Positions 49,968 to 63,195 of a stretch of 64,000 bases of DNA are shown in pieces. Both the position numbers and the translations under genes were made by a program. The DNA comes from Diadema antillarum (lineage: Eukaryota): positions 124,001-188,000 of the forward strand of contig NW_027271376.1 in the NCBI RefSeq assembly GCF_040938485.1, in the 5' to 3' direction. Positions within the stretch are counted from its first letter, which is position 1. Each line of letters opens with the position of its first letter. A model generated the notes under the pieces. That model was not told the DNA's origin. It did not search any database and was given only the letters and a program-made list of their open reading frames with translations.

Positions 49968-50639
49968 TTAAACTGAATGAAGTAGTTAGCTATTTGAATA
50001 TCGATTGCCGTGATCATTCAAATTTGCCCGATATAGAATGATCACATCGTTAAATCGGATGCAATTTTGACGAAATTAGACGCCTAAACTTATGCTTAAT
50101 TTGTCGGCAAGAGCTACTATCAAGCAATTATCTTATCCAAACATCCTGACGTACCAGTGTTTTAGTGGAATTCAAATCCCTAATGATGAGCGTTTCGGTT
50201 TTAGTCAGAGACGACAAGTCAGTTATTTCAGTCAGTACTTTCCATCAATTTGACCAATCAAAGAGAATTCATAATGCGTATAGGCTATAATGAATTATAA
50301 TGCACAATAAAGAGAGTAAATTTGTCGTTGACGCTCATGAGATCAGGAATAATGCACAGTCATTATTACATTTGCACCATATTTGTGAATCATGTAGTCC
50401 AATGGTACCCCCACTCCCGAAAAAGATAATTATACAAGTATACCTATGTAATAATGATAATTTAAAAAAAAAAAAAAACAACCAATCAATCAATCAATAA
50501 TTCGCATTTTCTGCAGTGGTTGTTGTATAGCTTCTACATTTTTACATCATTTTATTGACACCATTCTTTTCTCTCTCTCTTTTTTTTCAAGAAAATGACA
50601 GCAATCGGCTATGTCTATCTTGTTGTTGATTTTCTTCTA

Positions 50640-50951
50640 AAGTTCCCAAAGTTTTAATTCTGGAATAAGGAGGGGTGCGTGGTGACGAGTCTTCCGTTGA
50701 AGTCTGCACGAGTATGTACTTTTTCGTCAGCAGTTGGCGCTCTTCACTTAACAAGTCCAGAAGTCCACATGCTGGTACAGTATGCCAAAAGCATGCGCAG
50801 CTAGCTAGCACTGCTGCAGGTAGGTGTACACATATGTGTATGTACACAATACTACTAAAGATCCTTCTGGTAACCTACTACAAATTTGTACCTTCGAACG
50901 GCTGCCGAAGTTGAAAGAGAAAGTCTAGCCACATTACTTGCGTCAACTAAA
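50640..50951 (+). promoter_or_regulatory. CpG-rich probable promoter/5' leader of TSNAX
   Basis: CpG-containing stretch immediately upstream of ATG 50952, with a possible non-coding exon donor CAG|GTAGGT at 50819/50820. Confidence 0.45.
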
Positions 50952-53900
50952 ATGGCAGAACGTGTCTGGGATAACCATGAAAAGGGTCAACGTGACAAAG
51001 GTAGTGTCATCATTTACGTGGAGGCGTTATTTCAGAAATGTAGTCACCTTGCTTGCAATAGATAAACCCCAACACTACAATAGTCCCTCCTGTTGTCTCC
51101 GGTGTCCTCATCAAGTTCCAGCTTAGCCTTAGCCCATCCAGTGATGTAAATTACATCTAAAAATTTTAACTACTTACGATACTGCAGTTGGAAATGCAGA
51201 TCTAGATACCTGGGCTATCATATATCTATAATTAATTGGATTGGTTTGCCGATAGTGAGTACGAATGTGTAACGTTTAAGACGTCTGTAGAAAAGGGTCT
51301 AAATATTTGATGCATACTTTTGCCACTACATTCTACAACAATTAAAGTTTATAGATTTCTAGGCCAAAATTTAATTATTCAGATTGATCTAAAGCTAGAT
51401 TAGTGCCTCTACTCTCCTCACTACTGACCCTTCCTGGCGGGGGTCTTTAGGGAAATCAAATACAAGGAGGTACAAGATTCAATATTTAAAGCAGTGGCGG
51501 ATCCAGAAGGGGGCGCACCGGGCGTGCGCTCCCTCTTTATTATTATTATTATTTTCTAAACAAAAGAAATAAACAGAAAAAATAGGGGCGTATGCACCCC
51601 CATTTAATTTTGTAAAGGCACCTTTTTGGGAATTCCTGGATCCACTCCTGATAAACATTGTGATTTGTGTTCTGAGGAACACACTAATTTTAAAGCAACC
51701 TTGGGGCTTGACTTCTGGACAACAAAACAGTGAAAAGACAACACCGTAATTCGTTCCCAATTGTCTTTCCTCTATGGGAAATGTTGTATGTAGCTCTCTT
51801 GAATCTGTTCAAATTTAGTTTATACCTAACCATTCCATTTTTACCTGAAGTTAATCTGAATAGTAACACACACAGTGCAGTATACATGAGGGCAGTCTTT
51901 GGTTCATATTTCTTGGCCCGTCTTCACCAGGTAACTACAAGCGGAACAGACGAGGAGGTCACCCATCCCATCATAAGCAGAGAAAGGAAGAGAATGTAGA
52001 ACCAGTAGAAATGACTCCTGCTCTTCAGGCTTTCAAGTGAGTTGTGCAATCTCTTTGTACACTGTGGTATGTATGAGGATTGTCTCAGTTTCCCTCAGAA
52101 TATTAGAGAAGCACTGTGTTACAATTGAGAACAGAAATATGATGAGTACAATATAATACTTAAGGCACAAGTCAGTAATTTACTTGTTGAAATCTATGCA
52201 ATTTGGTCTGCTTTGATTGGTAAAATCAATTCTGCAATGACTTTTCACTGCATCCACATAAGTAATTACATGTATGCAAATAGGTAAAGACTTCTGTCTG
52301 CCAAGAGCAGTGTTCTGACTTGTTCTAAAGAGCCCTTGAAAAATATCTCTGGTGATTTTTTAAATAATATGAGAAATGCTATCCAGGTTACATTACAATC
52401 ATAATACCAACTGATGATTATCAATCTGAAGAAGACTGATTGTACTTGTGTGAATTCAACCAGAACATAATTTCTCTCGGCCAAATCTTGTGATCTGTCA
52501 CGTCAAAGCAGTAACATTCATTTGCAGATGTGCTGATGTAACATGTAGTTGATATGCAATTAATACCTTTACTACAGTATCTAAAGCAGAGCCACGTAGT
52601 GTTTGTCAGTAATATGCCAGTTTTGCTGCTCATTTCTTTGTTTGTGTCAGAGGCTACCAAGCTGAACTGGACAGAAAGCATGACAAGTATGAGAGGCTGG
52701 TCAAATTGAGCAGGGACATCACAATCGAGAGCAAGAGGATAATTTTCCTATTGCACAGAATAGATGGGTGAGTAAATTAAAGTCATATGCATGTACATGC
52801 ACATATCAAGAATTAAAATAGAAATGATTCCATTGTAGAGGGGTGTGATGAGCACACCCTTTGTGCTTCATAGTTTAAACTCTCAAAAGCAAATACAGGG
52901 GCATCACATTGAAAAAAAAACCCAAAAGAACAGGAGGATGACATTCATCTGGACTAATTTTTTTTAATAATCTTTCAAAAAAAATGAATAATGCTATGTC
53001 ATAGGAGATTGTAGAGGATAATATTGTCCATCCACTACAGAGATCAAAGAAAGCTACATCCCAGCATATGCTGCCTCAAAGATTTAAATTAACTACTGTA
53101 GTTTCATGACAAATGGAATCTGTTAATTTCATATTGTCACTATTGAATTATCATGAGCATTTATTGTTTGTATTGGTATCACATTATTATTATTAGTAGT
53201 AGTAGTAGTAGGAAGAAGACGAGGAGGAGTATTATTTTCATTTCTTTATTTACCTTTTTCAATATCTTATTGAATTATGTACAGAGTTCAAATTTTGTCT
53301 GTAGGCATGTTGCTATTGTACCTAAGCCTGTCATGCAAAATATAGTACCTTATAAAACTTCAGAGTATATGAATTGTTTTCTCTCTTTTTTAGTTTGATG
53401 TCCTGTTTTATTTTCATTTTTAATTTTCAATGATATGCTTGTCATTTTGAAGGCAACAGATATGGTGCAATATGCTCCATTTACAATGGTGTAAAAAGTT
53501 CGAACATTTTATGTTAGAATGAAACATGCAGTATAGGATTTAAATTATGTTGTACAGTGACAATATTCTGCTGTGTATTATTTCTGTAATTCAGAGAAGC
53601 CAGCAGGAACAAGGTAGTGAAGGATGCAGAAGAGAAATTGAAAGCAGTTGGGAGCAATTTAATTGCCAAGATTGCTCATGAACTCAAGGTAGGTTCTTCT
53701 TGTAGGCCATACTAATGTGTTCATGCGTAACATTTCTGCAGATCAGGATGTCGGGGTGAAGGGTCGATGTCATTTTCAGTAGTACCCAAATGTGTATTAT
53801 GCAATTTCCATAGCTCAGGAGGTATTCAATATTCTTCATCAAATGTGTTAAACAGGTAAAATGTGATCAAGTACATCAGGGCAAATAAATGATGAGATTA

Positions 53901-55877
53901 TGGCAATCATTGGTGAGGGCCAAGGAGCCATGTATCAAAGTCAAAATTTGAAATTTTATCTTTTGAGCAAAAACTGGAAAAGTATTCAACGAATTTTTGT
54001 TCTGGTAGAATCACAGATTATAGGAATGATAGGACAAACAGACTAAAGAGTACATAAGATATAATGGAGGTTAGAGGTACAAGTGTAAACCTCAAGATCA
54101 AATTTGAAATGTTCATTAGCATGTGCAAAAACTCGGTTTGTACAAAACATTCAGATTCTGGGTAAAGTAAGGTGAGGATCCACAGGATGACTCCTGCTGG
54201 TCATTTATATTGGCAAAGTAATTTAAGTTGTCTTTTAGGTGATTAGAGTGAGATGTGAAATGTACATAGCTTTGTTAGTATTTGTGATTGTACAAAAGTG
54301 TAGATGTTTATCAAAACTGCTAAGATTTTCACATTATTCAATGTGATAAAACATGGTTGGTGTTGGTGTTTGCTCATGCTATACTGTACCATAGTGCTCT
54401 TCTCGTATTTTGACAGACGTTTTTTTTTTTTTTTTTTTTTTTTGGGGGGGGGTGTTTTGTTTTGTTTGTTTTTTATTATTCATCAAAGTTAGGTTTGTTG
54501 CAAATGCATGTACATTGTTCTCTGTTGAACGAGTTCCATCATATTAGGAATGCAAAGTGATTAGAAAAAGAAGAATAATTGCAGCCCTGAACGAGGGTGC
54601 CTGTATTGAATCTGCTCATAGCTGGTGATTTGGTGGTGGTTTGTAGCATTCATTCATTCATGATGATATCTTTCCTCAAGGGTGAAGACCTTCATCAGTT
54701 CTTGAGGGCGTTTTCCCCCGGCCTGCAGGAATACGTTGAAGCATTGTCCTTCTGTTTCTACCTCAAGGAGGAAAGACTGATTTCAAGGAAAGAAATCGCT
54801 TCAAGATTTATTTTCAGGGAGTGCGACAAAACGAGGGAAACTACGTCAAATGTAAGATGAGCTGTGAGTAATTTCATAAATTTTTCCCTCCAATGAGAAT
54901 CTTTGCCATCTTTACCCATGCTTACATGCATTCTTGGGGGACATTTCCTGCTTTATATGTAGGTCTGCACAGAATTCAGCATTCATTGATCCATCTTTCT
55001 GGAATTTTATTCTGAGCAATCACCTAAAATTTGGGCTCTGTTGTTCAGCTTTTAGACATCTCATTATGTATCATTGCCTGTGTTTGTAGTAAGCTTCAGA
55101 GTATACTATGTAGCAGTGGAGATTGTGTGGAGTATGAAATGCTGGTAATAGAAATTCTTGATTGAATATCGTGTTGATAAATGAATGTCAGGAGACATAA
55201 AGAAAAAGAACATAGCAGACCAACGCCATGTGATAATGTTATATTAATAGGTAGGCGTCTAGTGCAGATTTGAATAAGATTTTTACATGGCATGCACCAA
55301 ATGGACACAAAATGGCAAAGTGACATAGCATCAGACACTCAATAACATAATTATAACCCTGACTGACTTGTTTCCTCATGAATAGGAAGATGAGCAGGCA
55401 GCCTTGAGCCGGACAGAAGACTTGGGTCAGAAAAGTGAGGAAACCACCGATATCAAGCCCTCAGTGTCCTCGAGTACTGCCAGTAATGAATCAGCTGCAG
55501 AAATGGAAGGGGCATCGACGTCCCTAGAACTGCCTCCTCTAGAGTACATGTTGGGACTCGCAGACTTTACTGGGGAGCTGATGAGACTGTGCATCAACAC
55601 CATTGGTGGTGGCGACCTGGAACGACCCTTCCACCTCGTCTCATTCACGAGGGCCATCAATGAGGGTTTCCAGCTCATCGGCAACCTTGCCGGGAGAGAG
55701 ATGGTGCGCAAGTCCTCGGTCATGCGGCAGAGCCTGAAGAAGATGGAGGATGCGTGCTACGTCATCAGGGTCAGGGGGTCGGAGATTCCGCAGCACATGC
55801 TGAAGGATGCCCTCTTCTCGCCTCCGGAGTTTGCCAGCCATGACAGTGACTTCAAGCAGGAGGAGATGGTGAATTGA
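50952..55877 (+). CDS. TSNAX: Translin-associated protein X (TRAX, C3PO nuclease subunit), 6 coding exons, 342 aa
   Basis: Exons 50952-51000, 51931-52036, 52651-52767, 53595-53688, 54681-54851, 55386-55877; phase-consistent, 1029 nt. Motifs: [78 protein letters not shown]. The first exon has an aaaATGg context. Confidence 0.95.
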
Positions 55878-57521
55878 TTTCGAGAATGCCGACTTGCAGG
55901 AAGGAAACACCGGGGACAAGGTGGAGTTAGCTCACTCATGTATGACTTGTCACCTTGTTGCCCTAAGTAATAAAGGTTGCAAACTCTAGACAGGGAAGAC
56001 CTCCCTACTCTAAAGCCAACACACATGTCCGATTAAGTAATCTTGGTGAAAAAAAAGAGTGTTGAAAGTGAGGTTCATCTAAAATTTGTTGATAGCTATG
56101 TTTTGAATGATCCAATCATATTTGAATACCTTGTCTTCTGCATGCTTGACTCCATCTAAACTTCAAAGCCCACCATCTCCAAATTGTTTTTCCGCAACTT
56201 TTTATACCACTCTGTGACCATTTTGGAAACTAAAGCAGACCATATTCTACGTCAGCAGAAAGCTTAGATTCTGGAGATTTTAAACAATTCGAACTTTATC
56301 TGACTGTCATGATGACCAGCCACATTGTGATATAGAGAAATGGTAGACATCCATACTGATGTCATATGTACATCAGTGCCAGATACAAGGAACTGTTTAA
56401 AGCTAGCCATCCTGTCATATTTTAAACACCATGATGAAATGTATCTCACATTTGTCTCTCTTAAGTGGTAATGTGGATTTGCAGTGGGTAGAAATAAATG
56501 GGCAAACTACCAGTAAACAGATAAATTTGAAAGTCCTTGGCTGTATTCTCTGGAGCACAAATATCTCTTGGTTTCATGTGTATGGAATCATTGAGGCATA
56601 TGTATTAACCATCTTAGTGATGCATTCACGAAAGATTCATGAAAGATACGAGGAAGCTGCAGTAGTTCCACAAACATTTAAGAAATGTCCCTCTGTCAGT
56701 GAAGAGCATTTTCTTTTAAAATAATTATTCAGATCATGAAAAATATGGAGGCCAATCTTGTTTGGGAGATACTGTACCGGCATGTTTTTCAAATTGTACA
56801 GACATACCTAAAAACGCTATACTGAAACAATATTCTTAGAAGTTTGCTTAATAGACTGGCATTATAAAACTGATGAACTTCCTGATAGCAGTGACTAATC
56901 ATGATGAACAATGTGCCTGGTACTAAACTTGTACCAGAGACTGCTTTTACCTCCAGTAAGAATTGTCGAGTGTTTTCCCATTCTTGTTTGGTATTATATC
57001 ATGTAAAACATTTCATCTGTGTATGAACTGGACAGCTTGCTAACTTGGGAAGATCTGAATAACATTTTGGCTCATCCTAGGATCATTTCAATGTAAAGCA
57101 TAGAGGTAGTATTCCTCCCTGGGAATGAATTATAATGAGAATCCAGTATACTGTGAATCCATGGGGATATTTCTAAGACATCAGGGAGTCATCACAACCT
57201 TGCAAAATACAAAGAAAGTCAATATTGCGTCTGAAAGATTGTTTGTGGGTTGTGTGTTGTGACGGACAGGTAGACATCATTTATATTTTCCCAGTCTGGT
57301 CTAAACTCAGCAGTTGACCTTTGAGAAAGAGGGGGGCAAATGTGGCGTCTTTTTCAGGAGTGTGTCCATTAATGAATAGTAAGGTTTCTGATGGACATCA
57401 CGCCATACCATGGGATTAATTAGGGGAATTTCAGGCATGAGCCAGTTCACTGTTACAATCTGAATATGCTCAGATGAAAGTCCTTGCAGACTTCTCTCGA
57501 AATTGGCTTGTAACTAAGGTA

Positions 57522-58412
57522 CAGGGGAAACTCGGTATAACGAACACTGCTATAACGAGATTTTTCCTTCCACACAAGTCTACGTAAAATGCTACTCTTA
57601 TAGCGAGATCGGCTATAACGAAATAACTGCTATAACGAGATAAATTTTGTGACTTCCAAACAAAGAAAAACATAGCCAATCAAACCTGCTATAGCGAGGT
57701 AAAGCAAAATGCCTTCGGTAAAGCTTTACTTCGCCTGTGCTATAATCTTCCGAGATTGTAAAGCTTGATGCGCCAAAAATTGTCTTGTACATACATAATC
57801 ATTTTCTTCAGTGCACTCCAGCTAGCACTGCATGTTGTACGTGTAAGTGTGTGTGTGTGCGCACACTGATACATGCAGAAAATGTGGTGGGACGGCCATA
57901 TGTATACATGACATCATCATGACGTTTAGCAGGAATGAGTCAATCTGATGCTGTGATTGGCTTTCTACGTAGGGAATTCCCCATCTTCACACACACGCAG
58001 TCATAATGGACATAAAGTGTGTCACATACACACACAGCATTGTGCCGACCATATTCAAGCTTTCCATACAACACACACCCATACGATAACCACATACCAA
58101 TCCACATATGATCTTGATACAATCGCAAGCTATATAGATTTACAAATTGAAACATCTACAATTAATAAGAAACACATTCTTGATATTGGATTTCCTTGGC
58201 GAAAAACATCTTCTTACCCATAAAGGTGAGTAATTCCCTCACACACAATATCAAGTTATCAGTATTGATTGAAATATGATGGGTAGTCCCACATGTGCAC
58301 ATTAATGTCTTTATGTTATGCCTTCTTTTATGCCTACTGATATAACGAGATATCGGCTATAACGAGGAAAATGACTCGGTCCCAACCATCTCGTTATATC
58401 GAGTTTCCACTG
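57522..58412. mobile_element. Tc1/mariner (pogo/Tigger-like) non-autonomous element, about 890 bp, TA-flanked
   Basis: TA|CAGGGGAAACTCGGTATAACGA ... TCGTTATATCGAGTTTCCACTG|TA, with repeated subterminal CTATAACGA motifs at both ends. Confidence 0.85.
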
Positions 58413-59512
58413 TATTTCAAAATCTGGATAGGCTTTCATGAAAACTATTTCACTGGTATTCATGCATGACCTAGTATAGGATGCATGTATCGGACTGTAC
58501 AGGTGAATGTGTGATCTTTCAACCAAACTAAGAAAAGTTATTCATGCAGCACTTTCGTGTAAATTACAGCTCTCTGCTTGGCTGCTTTCAACTGCTCTTT
58601 TATTGAAAAAGATCGATCCATGTTTTGAAGTCTGTGGTTCAGAGGCTGTTGCAAATCATTGCTAACTGTGGTCATTGATACTGCTGTGCATTCTACAGTG
58701 TCCAACATATTTTGTTAAATTTCATTAAAAACTTTATTCCTCGTGTGTAACATGTCCTTGAATTTTTTATTTGCTTTTTTAATCTGCTGCTCCCAGTTTA
58801 GTATACATGTACAATCACCACAATCTGTTTTGAGTATTCTCCCATCCACTTCATTATCTCAAGAATGTATTCTGGATAGATTTATGTGTGCATGTACAAT
58901 GCAGTCTCATGCAATCTGACTTCAGGAAGCCTTTGAGCTAGCATATGACCTTAGGAAGGAAAAGAAGAAAAGATAATCCTGTGAGATTTATGAAAGCTGC
59001 AAGAATTGTTTTGCAGGAAGAAACACTATCACTGGTATCAAATACTTAATAAAACTACCATGAAGATAATGGTGAAAGGACTCTGGAGGTAAAGATCGTA
59101 TTTTTGTGTTCCTGATGCAGCTTTTGAGATCAGTTGATTTTCAAGTTTATAATCCTTAAAAAGCCTTTCTTGCAAGTACATACATCAAGAAAACTTCTGT
59201 CTCGTTTCCAGTATTTTCAGGAACACTGATTACTGACACATCCATGTCCATTTGAGCATTGAATACATTAAATATTTCGTGTACTAAGGACGCACGTTTT
59301 CATCTGTCGCATAAAAGTTTTGAAATGAGAAAGAGAGATGAAGAGGGAGGGAGGAAGAGGCTGAGAGAAGATATGCACAGGTTTTGCTGGTCGATTCTGA
59401 GAAGATAGCATTTTGTGTACCTTTTTTTACTTTACTCGTTTTGTTAACTTGTTGCGCTTCAATTTCGACCAGGGAGCTTTTGCATGCACACAAACGCACG
59501 CACTCACGCACG

Positions 59513-59547
<35 letters not shown>

Positions 59548-60657
59548 ACAGGAGCAATCTCGACAGAATAACAGAAGAATCGGTCATCCACAGTAAGTTA
59601 GTCACGGGAAACCGCCGATATATCTTTATTTCACAAATATCCAATGTACACAGGGCAAACGCAAGGACGTGGAATAAAAGTTTAACTTTGATAAATAGTT
59701 CTCTGTAGGGTTTGTGAAGTCTATACACTTTGTGCATCTCCTTGATGGCATTGCCGCACACCCACTTGGTGTGGCTCTGGCAAATGTATGCGCTCATTCG
59801 CATGGGAGGATTTTCCATAATTATCCTACTTCACCTGTGATTTCCATACGACATGATCTGAAGTAGATAGTCTTTCTTTGGGAATAAATGTCACAAAGTA
59901 AGTATACTAACAGAAAGCACTATTAAAAAGAAAAGAGGTGAAAGCTACACTCTACATGAAATTAAACTGCAAGCACTCATGTCCAAATAATTAGCTTCAA
60001 ACGAAATCATAAGAACCCTGCTACACGGAACAAAACAATTGACTGCTTGTGTTCGTTCATCGTTTGCGATGGAAACAAGACTAGTGATGGGATCAAATTC
60101 ACCATTGTCAAAGGCATTGTAAAAATACTGTTTTGTGGTAGTGATGGTACCACGTTAATTCTTTGGAAAGCCACTATGCTGGCCTATTCGAGCTTCTGCA
60201 CATTTCGTTTAGATTCCCCCATGCTGGAGAAATCTCCACTGTCTTTGGAAATACCTATTTTGGTTACATATCGCAATTTGAACTCATCTGACACAGCTAA
60301 AAGACGAACGAGACAATACTACAAACGATCGTAATTGCTTCAAGCAGATTTACACAACAAATTAGTGATGCGTGAAAGGGTGTTGTGCAATTCGAGTTTG
60401 GTTTCACTTCCTTTATTTTGTTTGTTTCAACAAAGAGAAAACGGGACAAATAGAACTATTCCATGGTGCGGCGTAAGTACACACAATGTGTGTTTTCTAG
60501 TGTTCTCTTTTAGGAGATTTTTTTTTCCATGTGCAGTGGCTGCCATGTTAGCCGCAAAGGGAAATACACAGTATCTATCTGGATGTAACAAGTGTGGGCT
60601 TAACACTCTTTATGGTAATTATGCTTTTTAGCGGTTGATGTATTAGAGACGATGCGT

Positions 60658-63195
60658 TTATTTTGGAATGAGATCATCGATTGACTCGCCCTTCTCGAGT
60701 CGCTTCTCCATTTCGATAATGAGCTTGACGCCGTCGATGACGCAGTTGACCTGCTCGACCTCGGACGTGCCCAGACGGTCCAGGTTGGAGACGTCGTAGA
60801 CACCGCCCACGGCTTCGGTCAGCTCTCCGGCTGGGAGACGAAGTGAAAAGACGTGAGATTAGAGTTACAATGAATGAGGAGAAGTAGCGATTCATATTCA
60901 ACTCGTTGACAACCTAGGGACATACTGTCGAGTAAAAAAGGCACTGCAAACAAGTCATGGATTCAGGCTAAAGTGGGAACATGTGAATAATTTGCTGTTA
61001 CATTTATTCAGGAAATCTATTATGTAATCACTAATCATAGTTTACTTCGTCTTCCTCTTTTGACACAAAAATATGTCCTTAATCTATACATTTTATACAG
61101 GCTTTATTTTGCCATGAATTATGACTGATTTACAGATAGCGGATGAAAATTACAATGAAATTAAATATTTCTCCATGAAGAAAAAAGAAACCAAAGCAAG
61201 GAATTAAGATTCTTTGGTTACAAAGTAATGAGTCTGGATTGTAGCGAGATTAACTGAAGGTTCTGAGATGATTAATAAATCTGTCTTTCTACCCTGTATA
61301 CCCCATACTGGACTGCTATTAACCCGATTATTTCCACCAGCATCCACACTTAAAAGGATAGTGATAAGGAGGAAGTTTGGAGATGGTTAACTCCATAGCA
61401 GCATCGAGAGACTTACAGGTGCCACGCTCCTGGAGTCGGAGCTTCTTGCAGATCGCCTTCAGCTTGGCCTCCTTATCGATGGCGGCCAGTTTGGGGATCC
61501 TGACGTGGACACTGCAACGCACCCCGGTGCCGAGGTTGCTAGGGCAGGTCAGGATGTAGCCGAGATGCTGGCTCCACATGAACTCCGATCCGTTCTTCTT
61601 GATGTGCTCCTCCACCTGCACACATCCCATAAAGCAATGAAATGACTGGTTTGTTGATCCCTTTCATTTCTATTTCACTTTAGTTTTCACTCCACAAAGA
61701 AAGAGAAGATTTCAAATGCGGTTTGGACATGAATATCCACTTTGGCACATAGTACCTCTGCCGTTCAAACCAGTGATAACAAAAAAAAAAAGGAATAATA
61801 TTTCAAGAACTTTCTAAGAGTAAAGACAGAAAATGGACGCTCAATATAGATTATGGAAAAGCAGTAGTAGAGCTGAAGGTGAAATGACAGTCAATTCAAA
61901 AAGCGGTCCATACCTTTCAGTGACTTCATGGATTTAGCGAAGATTTCCCGTTTGATTAGCACTTAAAGCGATATGGATTTTACAGCTTATTATCAGTTAC
62001 TCGGGAATAGATCCATTGGAAATCTCAGTTTGACACAGAGAAGGCTGGCTTTCCCCAATTCATTCGAATTTTCATTTCATCATACTCATCATCAGTCCAA
62101 TATTTTGCGAGATTCCGAAAATTCTTTCTCTGTACTATATCACCGATGGGATCAATTATAGGGGTCACCCTCACCTGGTTGAGGCCAGAAGCCCAGCGCT
62201 TGAAGACATTCTTCATGTTGCCGCCCATCTCCATGGAGATGATGCGAGTGTGGTCCTCCTCGTTAACCCACACCAAGAAGTTCTTCTTGTCGTTGTGCCT
62301 GCACGAGAGCGAAGAAACAGAATACATCAAGATCGTTCATCGTTCTTGCGACAAAGAGTTCTAGTATGATTTTACTGTGTGAAAATGAGAACTGCCAAAG
62401 AATTGAGCTTGGTGCACTATGATCAATGATCAAGTAATCATTTCCTATACAGAGTGATGATTTGGGATCTGCTTGGTGGGTGTTTGATAAGAGATATAAA
62501 GATGTATTTTACAAGGAGAAATTGATTGTAGCAGACACCTTGTAGACGGGGCACAAACATAAGTTATATAATCTGAAAGTGGAAATTGTGGACTGAGAAA
62601 CATGTTGTCTTCTGCTTGGTCCCCGCTTCCTCTGAGCTTCAGAGCTTAAAGGAAACCCAAACCCGAAGAGAAATGTGGATTGAGTGAAAGCAGCAGCATT
62701 AGTAGAACACACCAGTGAAAGTTTGAGGAAAATCGGACAATCGATGTAAAAGTTATGAATTTTTAAAGTTTTGGTGTTGGAACCGCTGGAGGAGGAGACT
62801 ACTAGAGGTTATGACGTATGTGTGGACAACAATATAAAGAAAATATAAAGAGAATTCAACAAAAATCCCCCTTTCATGAAACTTAAACATTCCATCAACT
62901 TGATACTGACATATGTAATATTCCCCCTGCCTTCTCAAAGCGGTTAGTCAAGTGCTCTTTCATTATGCTAAAAAAGTGAATTTTTGTAAATAATTGAGTA
63001 CATCATCCCATCTATACACGCACCAGATTCCACGGCCGTCGGGGAAGTCACGTGCCATACCACCTGACGTGAAATGGCGGGAGATTGGCTTCTCGAACAG
63101 GAAGTGATCCTCGATCAGCTGCCTCTGGTCGGCCTCGGACAGCGTGGGCAGAGCGTAGTACTTGCCCTTCAGTTCACCGCCTAGCGAGTCAAGAG
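60658..63195 (-). CDS. AK: Phosphagen kinase, echinoderm CK-lineage arginine kinase, 3' partial (last 4 coding exons)
   Basis: Exons 63195-63024, 62298-62175, 61615-61417, 60830-60658, phase-consistent. Translation includes [71 protein letters not shown], and [60 protein letters not shown]. Upstream exons lie beyond the window. Phosphagen kinase is certain; arginine specificity is inferred. Confidence 0.9.
62650..62995. mobile_element. TTAA/AGG-type MITE fragment in an arginine kinase intron; related palindromic copy at about 30940-31520
   Basis: Starts TTAA|AGGAAACCC. It shares segments such as GTGAAAGTTTGAGGAAAATCGGACAAT, AAGAAAATATAAAGAGAATTC and AGTCAAGTGCTCTTTCATTATGC with the reverse strand of about 31120-31510. 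Confidence 0.65.

Noticed and set aside
55427-56026. Minus-strand ORFs overlapping the last TSNAX exon; likewise 32552-33330, 18499-19022, 15856-16260 and 60600-60901
   Set aside because: These are antisense or alternative-frame shadows of GC-richer real exons with no recognisable motifs.
60658-63195. Ordinary creatine kinase
   Set aside because: It lacks CK-typical GGVDT and LLASGMARDWPDARG, and has GELT and [15 protein letters not shown] like echinoderm AK; final proof needs the upstream exons or an assay.
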